A stretch of 64,000 bases of DNA, from the NCBI GenBank assembly GCA_041653535.1, contig JBAZFH010000001.1:86175-150174 (forward strand), written 5' to 3'. Both the position numbers and the translations under genes were made by a program. The DNA comes from Patescibacteria group bacterium. Its GTDB lineage: Bacteria; Patescibacteriota; Patescibacteriia; JACRDY01. Shown piece by piece: positions 29,221 through 39,517 of this stretch. Below the pieces are notes generated by a model. It worked only from the letters and a program-made list of their open reading frames with translations. It was not told where the DNA came from and searched no databases. Position 1 is the first letter of the stretch, and every line of letters starts with the position of its first letter.

Positions 29221-30858
29221 ATGAAGAAGACGTATATGTTGTGGGCGGTCATCATGGTGGTGATCGCAATGTTTTTTTCGACGGCTTTTGCCGTCGATCA
29301 ACCCAGTAACTGGATTGATCAATCGTTGGTCGGAAAAAGGGTAGCGTTTTGCTACCAGTGCCTCGGCTTGGAAAGCAGGGTTGATGCCGGTACCAAGGAG
29401 CTAAAATTTACTGATGCCGGCTATCAGTTGGGCGAGGTGTTCCTCGTCCAAAGCGAGACAATTTTTATTCGCATGCCTGCGGCAGTTCCGGGCGGAGTTG
29501 ATGTGCCTGATTTATCCGGTCAAGCATGCGGTGAAAACCGTTGTTTGCCGGTCAAGACGGACAAAGCCGCCAGGTGCCTGTTTCTAACCAACCCGGAGGG
29601 GTCGGTCGCCGACAACGACGATGCTCAAGTGGCACTCGCCGAATGTTGGGCGGAAACAAAACGGCTGATCATGGAGAGTGATCAGCGCCTCGCTGCAGAT
29701 AAAACTGAAGAGCCCGTTCCTCTCCCGGAGGAAAAGGCGGCGACCAAGACGGCTAAGCCGTATCCCAGTTATCTGGGGTTGCCCCAGCATGCTAATAACT
29801 GGGTTATGGACGACGGTTTGTTGCCGTCACCGACTTCGACCAAGAATATGTGTGCTGCCGGCGAGACACCCGGTGTCTTAGGCACAGGCAGACATATTAA
29901 AGGCGGTCGTGTCGCGCAAGACGATTTGGATCGTCGACGCGTGGAAGCTATTGCGCCTCCGGACTGGGACGGTTCTTGGGCTATTGTGCCCAGAACAGTC
30001 GTTCCTGGCGCCGTCGCGGCGGCGACTTGGTGTTTACACCAAGACGAGTTGGTTGGTCCGGGACAAGCTACGAAAGTAGTTGCTGTTTCGCCTCCGGCAG
30101 CCGTTAAATCACCACCAGCCATTCCTAAAGTTCCACCTGTTATGACGGGCGGCGGTGATGGCGGTGGCGGTGATGGCAATGCCAAAAAGATCAAATTTGA
30201 AAAGGTTCTTTTTGATCTGCCTCCGGGTTCGGAGGAATGGTACTTTGATGTTGTCGAAAACGACGCGGAAGTCGTTGTGACGATGCACGTGGGAAAGCCC
30301 ACTGTTTCGCTTTGGGACAACTTCAAAGTGTCCCTTCGTCTGGAAGGCGGCTACGGCAATTACGGATCAGCGTACCGACCGATTAAGGGTTGGCACAAAG
30401 TCGATGAGCAAAAGCTCATCGATGAATCCGGAATGTTTGTTCCCGGGTTCGATGCTGATCTGATCTTGACTCATTTTCTGGAAATCGGAGCCGGGGCGAC
30501 CTTCCTTTACGCCTCGGAAAACCCCAGTACCCGTCAAACTGGATGGGGACTACTGGGCAACGTCCGATTTTATCCTTTTTCTTGGTGGGAGATTCGGGTT
30601 GGTCCGTTCGCGGATTTTCCCGGAATCGCTCGTCATAGTTATTGGCAAAACGGCGCTCGTACCGCTAACCGGTATGAATCGTCTGCCAATATTTATGGCG
30701 GATATGCCACTATGTCTTGGCGGCTTTACGCCGCGGATCGTTTTGCGGTGTTTCTTTCATTGCCGCAAGGATATCTCGGTCAGGACGAAAACGATGAAAT
30801 GCGTTGGCGGCTGGGCGGAGGGCTACACCTCCGCTTCGGCGGACCAGCGGCACAGTAA
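29221..30858 (+). CDS. Secreted hypothetical protein with Pro/Gly linker and beta-barrel-like C-terminal domain
   Basis: SD GGGAG before ATG 29221; signal peptide ending AFA; alternating strands ending WRLGGGLHLRF; visibly GC-richer than flanks. Confidence 0.75.
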   Translation: MKKTYMLWAVIMVVIAMFFSTAFAVDQPSNWIDQSLVGKRVAFCYQCLGLESRVDAGTKELKFTDAGYQLGEVFLVQSETIFIRMPAAVPGGVDVPDLSGQACGENRCLPVKTDKAARCLFLTNPEGSVADNDDAQVALAECWAETKRLIMESDQRLAADKTEEPVPLPEEKAATKTAKPYPSYLGLPQHANNWVMDDGLLPSPTSTKNMCAAGETPGVLGTGRHIKGGRVAQDDLDRRRVEAIAPPDWDGSWAIVPRTVVPGAVAAATWCLHQDELVGPGQATKVVAVSPPAAVKSPPAIPKVPPVMTGGGDGGGGDGNAKKIKFEKVLFDLPPGSEEWYFDVVENDAEVVVTMHVGKPTVSLWDNFKVSLRLEGGYGNYGSAYRPIKGWHKVDEQKLIDESGMFVPGFDADLILTHFLEIGAGATFLYASENPSTRQTGWGLLGNVRFYPFSWWEIRVGPFADFPGIARHSYWQNGARTANRYESSANIYGGYATMSWRLYAADRFAVFLSLPQGYLGQDENDEMRWRLGGGLHLRFGGPAAQ

Positions 30859-30921
30859 ACAGTAAATCGGTGAGCGTCTCTATTTTGAGGCGCTCACCTC
30901 CAATCTTGAGGGAGTACGACA

Positions 30922-32643
30922 ATGAAGAAAGTTCTTTTGTTAACCGCGGTTGTTTTAGCCGTGCTTTTTCTCGGCTGTGCCGGGGAGGATACGGTGTTGG
31001 ATAAAGAGTCGGCATCGTCGATCGATGATGACGATGATAACAACGATAACGATAACAACGATAACGACACTGTCGACGATGATGTCGACGATGATGATGA
31101 CGATGACGATGACAACGACGACAATAATGACAATGATGATAACAACGATAACGATAACAACGATAACGACACTGTCGACGATGATGACGACGATGACAAT
31201 GACGATGACAATGACGATGACAACGACGACAACGATAACAACGACGATGATAACGACGACACTTCGCCGCCGTCGGTTTGCACGGTAACGCTAGCCGGAA
31301 CCGAATTGTTCATTTACTACCCGGAACAACCGATTGATTTGGTTGACTTCGGGTGTGATGACCCGGGTACGGCGTGTGACCTGCTGACGGTCACACTGAA
31401 TCCTCAGGGCGGGCATATTTATCATGTCGTGGTTCCGGCAGGGAATTACGACTCGGCGAGACCGAAGACGCTGGCAGGCGGGTATTTTAATCTGTCTGCT
31501 TGCGAATATTATGGTGAAGTCTCGTGGACGCCGACCTGCGACGGAGGTATTGTTGATTTCACACCCGGCGTTTTCAAGGGTGTGGATGTAGATTTCTCCT
31601 ACATGCCAACGATCGGTATGGTGGGAGAAGTAATGAATTTTTTCGACCAGTCGTGCACTTCGCCGCTGGTTGATCCGGTGGATTTGCAGTATTATTGGTC
31701 CTTCGGCGACGGTACTACTCCGGGGTTTGGGGCGGACGTCAATCATACTTACGCCACCGCCGGCAGCTATGTCGTACATCTGGATATCTACGATGGCGTG
31801 TATACGTATGCGACCCAAAAAGTCGTTTATGTTATCGCGCCGGTCCAGTGTTATAACAACTCCGACTGTGACGATGGCGTTTTCTGCAACGGGCAGGAAG
31901 TATGTGTTGGCGGTAGTTGTGTCGCTGGCGACACCCCCTGTGGTGACGACAGTGTTTTCTGCAACGGCGTTGAAGGATGTAACGAAAACACGGATAACTG
32001 CACTTCCAGCGGTTATCCGTGTGGTGACGACGGTGTTTTCTGCAACGGGCAGGAAACATGTAATGAGTCGGTAAACAGTTGCGCGCACACCGGCAATCCT
32101 TGCGATACTAACGGTGGCGAGGTTTGCGACGAGAATCTCGCCCAGTGTGTGATCCCGCCGCCGACTTGCGACGACAACTCCGACTGTGACGATGGCGTTT
32201 TCTGCAACGGGCAGGAAACATGCGTTGGCGGGACATGTTTTGAATCCGCCATTGATCCTTGCGATGACGGTCATTTCTGCACGATTGATTCGTGCGACGA
32301 AGCGACTGACATGTGCGGGGGTGCGGGGTCTCCCTGTTTGCCGGAGGAGACCTGCGACGAGTCGACTGACGAGTGTGTAGCGCCGGTCTGCACTGTTGAG
32401 GTTGACACTATGCAATGCATGGCTTGGCGGCGATATGAAGGCGAACGCTTCGTGATCTACGATCAGGGAGCGATCGATGAACATTTGTGGAAGATGGTGA
32501 GCGGTCCGTTTAACGGCTGCTCGTTTTTCCCGGAGGGCGACGATGATGCCGCTCGACTAACGTGGTGTAATTCGCATTACGCCATGGTCGACTGCGCTAT
32601 CGCCGAGCGCCATGACGGCTTTTGGAACTGCAGTTTCAAATAG
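30922..32643 (+). CDS. Lipoprotein with Asp/Asn-rich tract, PKD domain and Cys-rich repeats
   Basis: Lipobox FLGC; D/N tract; [22 protein letters not shown] motif; repeated [12 protein letters not shown]. Confidence 0.85.
   Translation: MKKVLLLTAVVLAVLFLGCAGEDTVLDKESASSIDDDDDNNDNDNNDNDTVDDDVDDDDDDDDDNDDNNDNDDNNDNDNNDNDTVDDDDDDDNDDDNDDDNDDNDNNDDDNDDTSPPSVCTVTLAGTELFIYYPEQPIDLVDFGCDDPGTACDLLTVTLNPQGGHIYHVVVPAGNYDSARPKTLAGGYFNLSACEYYGEVSWTPTCDGGIVDFTPGVFKGVDVDFSYMPTIGMVGEVMNFFDQSCTSPLVDPVDLQYYWSFGDGTTPGFGADVNHTYATAGSYVVHLDIYDGVYTYATQKVVYVIAPVQCYNNSDCDDGVFCNGQEVCVGGSCVAGDTPCGDDSVFCNGVEGCNENTDNCTSSGYPCGDDGVFCNGQETCNESVNSCAHTGNPCDTNGGEVCDENLAQCVIPPPTCDDNSDCDDGVFCNGQETCVGGTCFESAIDPCDDGHFCTIDSCDEATDMCGGAGSPCLPEETCDESTDECVAPVCTVEVDTMQCMAWRRYEGERFVIYDQGAIDEHLWKMVSGPFNGCSFFPEGDDDAARLTWCNSHYAMVDCAIAERHDGFWNCSFK
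31024..31260 (+). repeat. GAT/GAC/AAC low-complexity coding repeat with a 52-bp exact duplication
   Basis: 31033-31084 is identical to 31135-31186. Confidence 0.9.
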
Positions 32644-32663
32644 TCGTTTCATTAATCTCAATC

Positions 32664-32694
32664 GGGGTGGTCCAAGACCGCCCCTTTTCTTTTT
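32664..32694 (+). terminator. Intrinsic terminator
   Basis: GGGGTGGTC-CAA-GACCGCCCC followed by TTTTCTTTTT. Confidence 0.85.
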
Positions 32695-32791
32695 GAAAAA
32701 AATTTGAAAAATTAGGCAAAAAATGTTAGAATAAAATTAAAACAAGGTATTAATAATTACTTTTTTGTTGTTTTTTGGCTTTACTTTAAAT

Positions 32792-34222
32792 ATGCATAAA
32801 TTTTCTAAAGAGTTCGTATTTACCGCTATCGCGATATTGGCGATCAGTCTTTTTACGGTGGTTAGTATTTTTTGGTCTTTTAACCTGCTATTGTATGTAT
32901 TTTGTTTTGCTATTGCCGGACTAGCTATTTTAAAATTTCCCCAAGTCGGCGTTTATGCGATTATATTTTGCACCATGGTTTTTGAGCGCTGGTTTACCTT
33001 GCAGTCTTTAGTTTGGGCGGATCAAGCGATAAAATTTTATCCCCTAGATTTAATTATCGTTTTTACTGTCATCTCTCTTTTTTTACACTGGAAGGTCGGT
33101 CAAAGGTTTGTCTTTGCCGGCAAGGGTTTGCGCTGGGCGTTGTGGCTTTGGCTGGCAGTGATTACCGGCAGTTTTATTCGTTCGTTTTCAGAGGTTAGTG
33201 CTGATTTTTCTTCTTCTTTTTCGACATTTAAAAATTTTGCCGTGTACTTTGTCGTTTATTTATTGTTAGTTAATATTATAAAAAACAAAGAACAGTTTGA
33301 CCGGATGATAAAAGTCATGATTTCTGCCGGTGTGATTTTGGTTTATTTCATCGTCTACGGACTGGTCAGCGGACAGGGGATATGGGTCGAATATGTACCG
33401 TTATCAACTCCGGGAACGCGGTTGCTCGGCGGACCGCACAGTTTTTACCTGACAGCGTTGATAATCATTTTGATTAATATTTTAGCTTTTCGCAGTAAAT
33501 GGACCAAGACCGAATATTTTTACCTGACTTTACTTGGCGTTTTTTTCGTCGGATTGCTTGCTTCACTGCAAAGACATTTATGGCTGGCGCTGATTCTGGG
33601 TTTAGCCATAACCTTTTTTTATTATCAGGCGGAGCAGAGAAAAAAGTTTTTTCAAATGATTGGCTTTGGTTTACTGGTTTTGCTTTTTGTCGCTCTTTTG
33701 TCGTTTTGGCTTTATTCCTGGCAGACGACTAATTTTTTGACCGACGCGGAGTTGACCCATTCTCTTCAATTCAGGCTGTTTTCTTTTTTTACTGCCGAAA
33801 GCCAGGATTCCAGCGCGATGTGGCGGCTAGCCTCCTGGCAATCAGCCTGGCAGGTATTCAGTGCTAATCCGCTCTGGGGTATTGGTTTTGGCAAGCGACT
33901 TAATTTTGATATTAGCGGTTTGGAATACAATATTGAAATGCGCGACCTGCATAACGATTTTGTCGGCATGGCGGTACAAATGGGTTTTTTTGGTATATTG
34001 ATTATTTTGTCTTTGTTTTACGGTTTGTGGCGATTTTTCAAAAATCATTACAGAAAAATGTTACCTGAATATAAAGGCCATCTCTTGACATTTTTTACCT
34101 TAGCTATAATGTTTTTATGGTCTGCCAATTTTGGCATTTATTTTGACATCAATATGTTAGTGGTGTTTTTTTGGGTATTTTTGGGCAGTATGGTAGCGGT
34201 TAGCCGGGTTGGCGGAAAATAA
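32792..34222 (+). CDS. O-antigen ligase/Wzy-like polymerase
   Basis: Multi-TM, SLQRHLW, SAMWR, PLWGIGFG, LHND; ATG 32792. Confidence 0.82.
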   Translation: MHKFSKEFVFTAIAILAISLFTVVSIFWSFNLLLYVFCFAIAGLAILKFPQVGVYAIIFCTMVFERWFTLQSLVWADQAIKFYPLDLIIVFTVISLFLHWKVGQRFVFAGKGLRWALWLWLAVITGSFIRSFSEVSADFSSSFSTFKNFAVYFVVYLLLVNIIKNKEQFDRMIKVMISAGVILVYFIVYGLVSGQGIWVEYVPLSTPGTRLLGGPHSFYLTALIIILINILAFRSKWTKTEYFYLTLLGVFFVGLLASLQRHLWLALILGLAITFFYYQAEQRKKFFQMIGFGLLVLLFVALLSFWLYSWQTTNFLTDAELTHSLQFRLFSFFTAESQDSSAMWRLASWQSAWQVFSANPLWGIGFGKRLNFDISGLEYNIEMRDLHNDFVGMAVQMGFFGILIILSLFYGLWRFFKNHYRKMLPEYKGHLLTFFTLAIMFLWSANFGIYFDINMLVVFFWVFLGSMVAVSRVGGK

Positions 34223-34238
34223 TTTTTTTAAAAAATCT

Positions 34239-35486
34239 ATGAGAGTTTTACAGGTAAATAAATTTTATTATTTAGCTCGGGGCGCTGAGCGGTATTATTT
34301 TGATCTCAAAAAATTGCTTGAAGATAACGGCAACGAAGTGATTCCCTTTGCCATGGCTAATATCAGAAACCAAGCTACGCCTTATCAGGATTATTTTGCC
34401 AAGAATGTCGATTTAAAAAGACCAAATTATTCATTAGATTCGTTGAGAAAGGCTAAAAATATTATTTACAACCGCGCGGCGCAACAAGATGTGGCGCGTT
34501 TGATTATAAAAACTCATCCGCAACTTGTTCATATCCATAATATTTATCACCAGCTGTCACCGGCGATTTTGCCGGTTTTTAAGCATTTTAAACTGCCGGT
34601 GGTAATGACGATTCATGATTTTAAGTTGATTTGTCCTAATTACAGTTTGTTTATTGGTGGCAAAACTTGTGAACGGTGCAAGGTGCATCGTTATTACAAT
34701 TGCGTCTTGCACCGTTGTCTCAAGAATTCTTTTGGCGCTTCGACTGTGGCGGCGGCGGAAATGTATGTTCACAGTGCTTTAAAAACTTATCAGAAAAATG
34801 TTGATATTTTTATTGCTCCCAGCCAGTTTGTCAAAACCAAACTCGTCGAGTGGGGATGGCCGACAGAAAAAATAAAAGTAATACCGCATTTTACTCTTCC
34901 ACAACCAAAATTAGTCTTACCTAGGGCCAAAAATTATATTTTTTGTTTTGGCGCTTTGGAGCGCGGCAAGGGAATAGAAGAGTTAATTCGTGCTCTTTAT
35001 AGTGAGAAAATAGATATCGATTTGCATGTCGCCGGTGAAGGGTCGGATCGTAAAAATTTGGAAAAATTGGTTGATAAATATAATTTGGGCTATCGAGTGC
35101 AGTTTTTGGGCAAGCTCGGAGAAGAGCAATTAAAAGAAGAAATTCGTCATTGTAAGTTCGTTGTTGTGCCATCTATACAATACGAAGCTTTTGGCTTAAC
35201 CGTGTTGGAAGCTTTTAGCTATGGCAAGCCGGCGTTGGTATCCACCCAAGGTGCTTTGCCGGAACTGATCATCGGTCAGGTGGGCAGGATATTCAATCCA
35301 CAGAAAAAAGGATCACTTGGTGCTAACTTACGGGCAATGCTAGACGATCCTAATTTGGAGCAAATAGGAAAAAACGCTCAAGAATTGGCGCGAATCAAAT
35401 ATGGACCGCAAGAGCATTATCAAAGGATAATGGATGTCTATAATCAATTATTAGGTGGGGAAAAATATGAAACGCCGCCGCGGTAA
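34239..35486 (+). CDS. Glycosyltransferase family 4
   Basis: MRVLQVNKFYY..GAERY, TIHDFKLICP, YEAFGLTVLEA. Confidence 0.92.
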   Translation: MRVLQVNKFYYLARGAERYYFDLKKLLEDNGNEVIPFAMANIRNQATPYQDYFAKNVDLKRPNYSLDSLRKAKNIIYNRAAQQDVARLIIKTHPQLVHIHNIYHQLSPAILPVFKHFKLPVVMTIHDFKLICPNYSLFIGGKTCERCKVHRYYNCVLHRCLKNSFGASTVAAAEMYVHSALKTYQKNVDIFIAPSQFVKTKLVEWGWPTEKIKVIPHFTLPQPKLVLPRAKNYIFCFGALERGKGIEELIRALYSEKIDIDLHVAGEGSDRKNLEKLVDKYNLGYRVQFLGKLGEEQLKEEIRHCKFVVVPSIQYEAFGLTVLEAFSYGKPALVSTQGALPELIIGQVGRIFNPQKKGSLGANLRAMLDDPNLEQIGKNAQELARIKYGPQEHYQRIMDVYNQLLGGEKYETPPR

Positions 35487-37539
35487 AGGTAGAAAAATTT
35501 TAGCAAAGTTAACCAATGTTTTAATACCATTGGTGATTTTGGTAATGGTTTTTGTTTTTTTCTCCTGGCATCCGGCGTCGGTAAAAAGCAGTCAGTATCC
35601 CAGGCTAGCCAATTATTTTCTCAAAACTCCTATTACCGATGATGAGGCGGTTAAATTAGCCAAATGGGATTTAGTAATATTGGGTATGCAGGCTCAGGAA
35701 ACTTCTCCGGAACAGATTAAAAAAATCAAACAGCTTAATCCCGAGATAAAAATTTTAGCTTATGTCGCCAGTCAAGAATTTCCTCGCGGTCATTACGACA
35801 AGATCGAAAGCGTCAACGGTCCGTGGCACAAATTGTTAGCGGGTATGAGCGATGGCTGGTGGCTGATGCGTTCTAATGGTGAACATTTTTCTTCTTGGCC
35901 AGGCAACTGGTCGATCAACGTTACTAACCAAGCGCCGGTAAATGCGTCGGGACAGCGTTGGAATACTTATTTAGCGCAGTTTATGCACGACCAGGTAATG
36001 TCGACCGGACTGTGGGATGGTATTTTTTATGATAATGTTTGGGGCAGCGCTTCTTGGGTTGGTGACGGCGACATGGACATTAACCGTGACGGGGCAAAGG
36101 ACAACCCAACTTGGCTCAACACTGCCTGGAATGAAGGTATGCGTACAATGCTGGGTAAATCTCGACAGCTGGAAGGACCGGATAAAATAATACTTGGTAA
36201 CGGTACTAATGATTATAAAGATTTTCTTAACGGACGATTAATCGAAAACGCTTACGCCTGGAAAGATTGGGTGACTGATCAATATGCTTATACTGACTAT
36301 ATGTCTTATGGTCAAAATCCCAAATCAACGGTAGTCAATAATAACACGGCTAATACCGGTGACTGGCAAAATTATCGTTTGATGCGCTACGGATTAGCTT
36401 CAACTATGATGAATAATGGTTATTATAGTTTTGATTATGGTACGCAAAGTCACGGCGAATTGTGGTGGTATGACGAATATGACGTGGATTTGGGTCAGCC
36501 GATATCAGCCGCTTATAATACCGACACCGGTTCATCAGAGATCGCGCCGGGATTGTGGCGGCGAGACTATGAAAAAGGCGTAGTGTTTCTTAATTCGGGA
36601 AAAGAGGGCAGGATAATAACTTTAGGTGACGAAGAGTTTGAAAAAATATCCGGCAAACAGGACCCGACAGTTAATGACGGTTCAAGGGTTAATTATGTCA
36701 GCTTGTCCGGCGCTGACGGAGTGATTATGTATCGACCGTTGTCAGAGATTATCGGCAGTCCTTTTGTCAACGGCACTTTTGTTCGTATTTTTAGCGCTAC
36801 CGGCGAGCGTCTGCGCGGCGGATTTTATACTTACAAAAGACAATACCCTGGATTATCGCAGATAATAATTATTGATATTGATGCTGATGGGGAAATGGAA
36901 ACAATCGTGGCTGGTCGTTCCGGCGTTGATATTTATAGCTCCAACGGAGTAAAAGAGAGAACTTTTTATCCTTATGGTGAAAAATACAACAAGGGCGTAA
37001 ACATCGCTGTTGGTGATTTTGGCGATGACGGTACTAAAAAGATAATTACCGGCACGGAAAATGGCGGCGGTCCGCATATTCGGATTTTTAATAATCAGGG
37101 CAGACTGCTTAGTCCTGGATTTTTTGCTTATGGCACCGATTATCGCGGGGGAGTAAACGTTGCCCTGGGAGACCTCAACGGCGATGGTGTAGATGAAATA
37201 GTGGCCGGAGCGGGTGTGTCCGGCGGTCCGCAGATCAGAATTTTTAATAAAGACGGAAAACTACTTTCTGCTGGTTGGTTTGCTTATGATAAAAAATTTC
37301 GCGGAGGAGTAAATGTGTCAGTCGGTGATTTGAACGGTGATGGCAAAGCAGAAATAGTAACAGCGCCGGGATTTGGCGGCAGTCCGGAGGTAAAAGTCTG
37401 GGATTCTAGGGGTAAACAAATAGGTAAGAGTTTTATGGCTTTTGATCCAAGCAACAAAGACGGTGTGGAGGTTTTGTTGAACGATATTAATTATGACGGT
37501 AGTTTAGAGATTATACCCACCAGTCCCAATGTATTTTAA
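35467..37539 (+). CDS. Putative glycoside hydrolase (GHL15-like) with C-terminal FG-GAP repeats
   Basis: LAKWDLVIL, WDGIFYDN, WYDEYDVDLGQP, WRRDYEKG; repeats GGVNVALGDLNGDGVDEIV. Confidence 0.8.
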   Translation: MKRRRGKGRKILAKLTNVLIPLVILVMVFVFFSWHPASVKSSQYPRLANYFLKTPITDDEAVKLAKWDLVILGMQAQETSPEQIKKIKQLNPEIKILAYVASQEFPRGHYDKIESVNGPWHKLLAGMSDGWWLMRSNGEHFSSWPGNWSINVTNQAPVNASGQRWNTYLAQFMHDQVMSTGLWDGIFYDNVWGSASWVGDGDMDINRDGAKDNPTWLNTAWNEGMRTMLGKSRQLEGPDKIILGNGTNDYKDFLNGRLIENAYAWKDWVTDQYAYTDYMSYGQNPKSTVVNNNTANTGDWQNYRLMRYGLASTMMNNGYYSFDYGTQSHGELWWYDEYDVDLGQPISAAYNTDTGSSEIAPGLWRRDYEKGVVFLNSGKEGRIITLGDEEFEKISGKQDPTVNDGSRVNYVSLSGADGVIMYRPLSEIIGSPFVNGTFVRIFSATGERLRGGFYTYKRQYPGLSQIIIIDIDADGEMETIVAGRSGVDIYSSNGVKERTFYPYGEKYNKGVNIAVGDFGDDGTKKIITGTENGGGPHIRIFNNQGRLLSPGFFAYGTDYRGGVNVALGDLNGDGVDEIVAGAGVSGGPQIRIFNKDGKLLSAGWFAYDKKFRGGVNVSVGDLNGDGKAEIVTAPGFGGSPEVKVWDSRGKQIGKSFMAFDPSNKDGVEVLLNDINYDGSLEIIPTSPNVF

Positions 37540-37559
37540 ATATTGAAATAGTAAAAAAT

Positions 37560-39365
37560 ATGAAAGGCGTAATTGATTTAACTTTCGGACCATTTCGTTT
37601 GATTTTTCGCCGCCTAGGCAAACGCTATCAGGTTCGCTATAAATTTAACAAAAAACATCTTGTCGCCGATACGGTATTGTTTTTAGGGGTGGTGTTTTTG
37701 ATCGTATTTAATATTTATATCACCGTAGTTTTTACAAAATGGGCGGTGTCTCTGGGTGTAGATATGAATATTAAAGTAGAAAAACAAGTATTAAATGGTG
37801 CTCAGACTAAAATAGTAATAAATTATGATAATTCCAGGAAAAATGGTCGTTTAGTCGACGCTAAGTTGTCTTTGCAGTTACCTGAGGATTTTGTCCTTAA
37901 AGAAACTTCTAACGGTCAGTATGATGTTGTCAGTAGTAGTTTGTTAATTGGCGAGATCAAACCCGGAACCAGCGAAAAATTGGAATTATTAGGTGAAAAT
38001 TGGGGAAATTACGATACGACAGAAAAAATTTACGCTCGCCTTGATTATACCCAAGAGCGAACGATAAATGATCGGGTGGTTAGTTGGCGGGAAGAAAATA
38101 TTACTTCTGCTATCTATAAAATTTCTGGTTCAATGCTTGATTGCGGATTTATCTTGCCGCCGTTGGTTACTAACGGTAGTGACTTTGATTTTCAGCTTAA
38201 TTGTCAAAATAACTATGACGCGGATATTAATAAGGCAAGACTGTTGATTGTCCCTGGTGACGGTCTAGCGGTGAAGGCGACCAAACCACAGCTATCCAAA
38301 AATTTTTGGACACTAGGTGATTTGACAACCGGAGTCAAAGAAGATTTGTCTGGTAGTGCCAGTTTTAATATGCCAGCCGAGGCTGTAGAAGGAAATATTG
38401 GTTTTCAGCTCTACGGCTTTCATAATGGCAAGGCTTTGCTTTTGGATAAAAAAGAATCAACGGTTAAGATATTTCATCCTCATTTTTCTCTTGCCGTCCA
38501 GGTAAATGGAGCAGATAAATATTGGCCGATACCGGGCGAAGAAGTGAACTATCTACTCAATTACCAAAACCAAGAAGACTTTGATATTGCTGACGCTAAA
38601 GTTAAACTCGATTTTTCTCCCGCCGTATTTGATGTCAGCACTTGGAAATCTGGTCAAAAAGCAGTTTGGGACGGCAGTAATGCAACTTTAGACATCGGCG
38701 CTCTTACTATGGGACAAAAAGGGGAGATTGCCTTTAGTGTTAAAACAAAAAAACAAAATAGCGTCAGAGATTTGGAAATAACTCCTCGTGTCAGCTACGC
38801 GGTAGATTACCAGGGTCAACATCTGACCGTTGATGCAGAACTGCCGGCGATCAAACAGTCGTTTAGCGCTAACTTAGAGCTGGAATCTTTTGCTCGCTAT
38901 TACACGGTAGAGGGGGAGCAGCTAGGCATCGGTCCGTTGCCACCGGTTGTGGGCATTCCTACTCAGTATCGGATGTTTTGGCAAATTAGCAATGCTTTTA
39001 ATGCCGTTAAAGACGTTTGGGTTAGCTGTGTGTTACCAAATAATGTTATTTGGACGGGGCAAGAAAGTGTTAATACTGGATCGGGGCTGGAATTTAATTC
39101 TAAGACTCGAGAAATGATTTGGCGTTTACCTCGACTCGAGTCGTCCGTGGGAATAAAAAGTATCCCGGCGATAGCCAACTTTTCTTTGGAGCTAACGCCG
39201 TTAGTTAGTCAGTTAGGGCAGAATGCTATTATTGCTAAAGATGTGAAAATTAGCGCTACCGACGAGGTAAGTGGCAGAAAACTTGAGTTATTTTTGGGCG
39301 ATTTATTAACTAATCTACCAGGAGATAAAAAAGCTTCTAATCGTGGGAGAATAGTTAATTTTTAG
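37560..39365 (+). CDS. Membrane-anchored multi-Ig-like (DUF11-like) hypothetical protein
   Basis: N-terminal TM, beta-rich modules, GEQLGIGPLPPVVG. Confidence 0.75.
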   Translation: MKGVIDLTFGPFRLIFRRLGKRYQVRYKFNKKHLVADTVLFLGVVFLIVFNIYITVVFTKWAVSLGVDMNIKVEKQVLNGAQTKIVINYDNSRKNGRLVDAKLSLQLPEDFVLKETSNGQYDVVSSSLLIGEIKPGTSEKLELLGENWGNYDTTEKIYARLDYTQERTINDRVVSWREENITSAIYKISGSMLDCGFILPPLVTNGSDFDFQLNCQNNYDADINKARLLIVPGDGLAVKATKPQLSKNFWTLGDLTTGVKEDLSGSASFNMPAEAVEGNIGFQLYGFHNGKALLLDKKESTVKIFHPHFSLAVQVNGADKYWPIPGEEVNYLLNYQNQEDFDIADAKVKLDFSPAVFDVSTWKSGQKAVWDGSNATLDIGALTMGQKGEIAFSVKTKKQNSVRDLEITPRVSYAVDYQGQHLTVDAELPAIKQSFSANLELESFARYYTVEGEQLGIGPLPPVVGIPTQYRMFWQISNAFNAVKDVWVSCVLPNNVIWTGQESVNTGSGLEFNSKTREMIWRLPRLESSVGIKSIPAIANFSLELTPLVSQLGQNAIIAKDVKISATDEVSGRKLELFLGDLLTNLPGDKKASNRGRIVNF

Positions 39366-39442
39366 TAAAAATGTTTAAAATTAGATAAAAAACATGGGTG
39401 GAAATACCCTTGTTTTTTTAGTCTTTTTGTGTTGACAAAAAT
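39303..39442 (+). repeat. Direct repeat copy 1 (140 bp)
   Basis: Matches 41411-41551 apart from one A/G change and T7/T8; covers gene 3' end, terminator and TTGACA. Confidence 0.97.
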
Positions 39443-39517
39443 ATTATTATAGTATATTTTTTAGTCAGTACAACAGAAAAATTTTTCTGTCTTTGACAAC
39501 AAATAAAGGAGACATCT

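Noticed and set aside
29584-32484. Long antisense or alternate-frame ORFs (29769-30326, 30894-31313, 30977-31288, 31291-32484)
   Set aside because: Shadows of GC-rich, repetitive sense genes that have SD, signal peptides and recognisable domains
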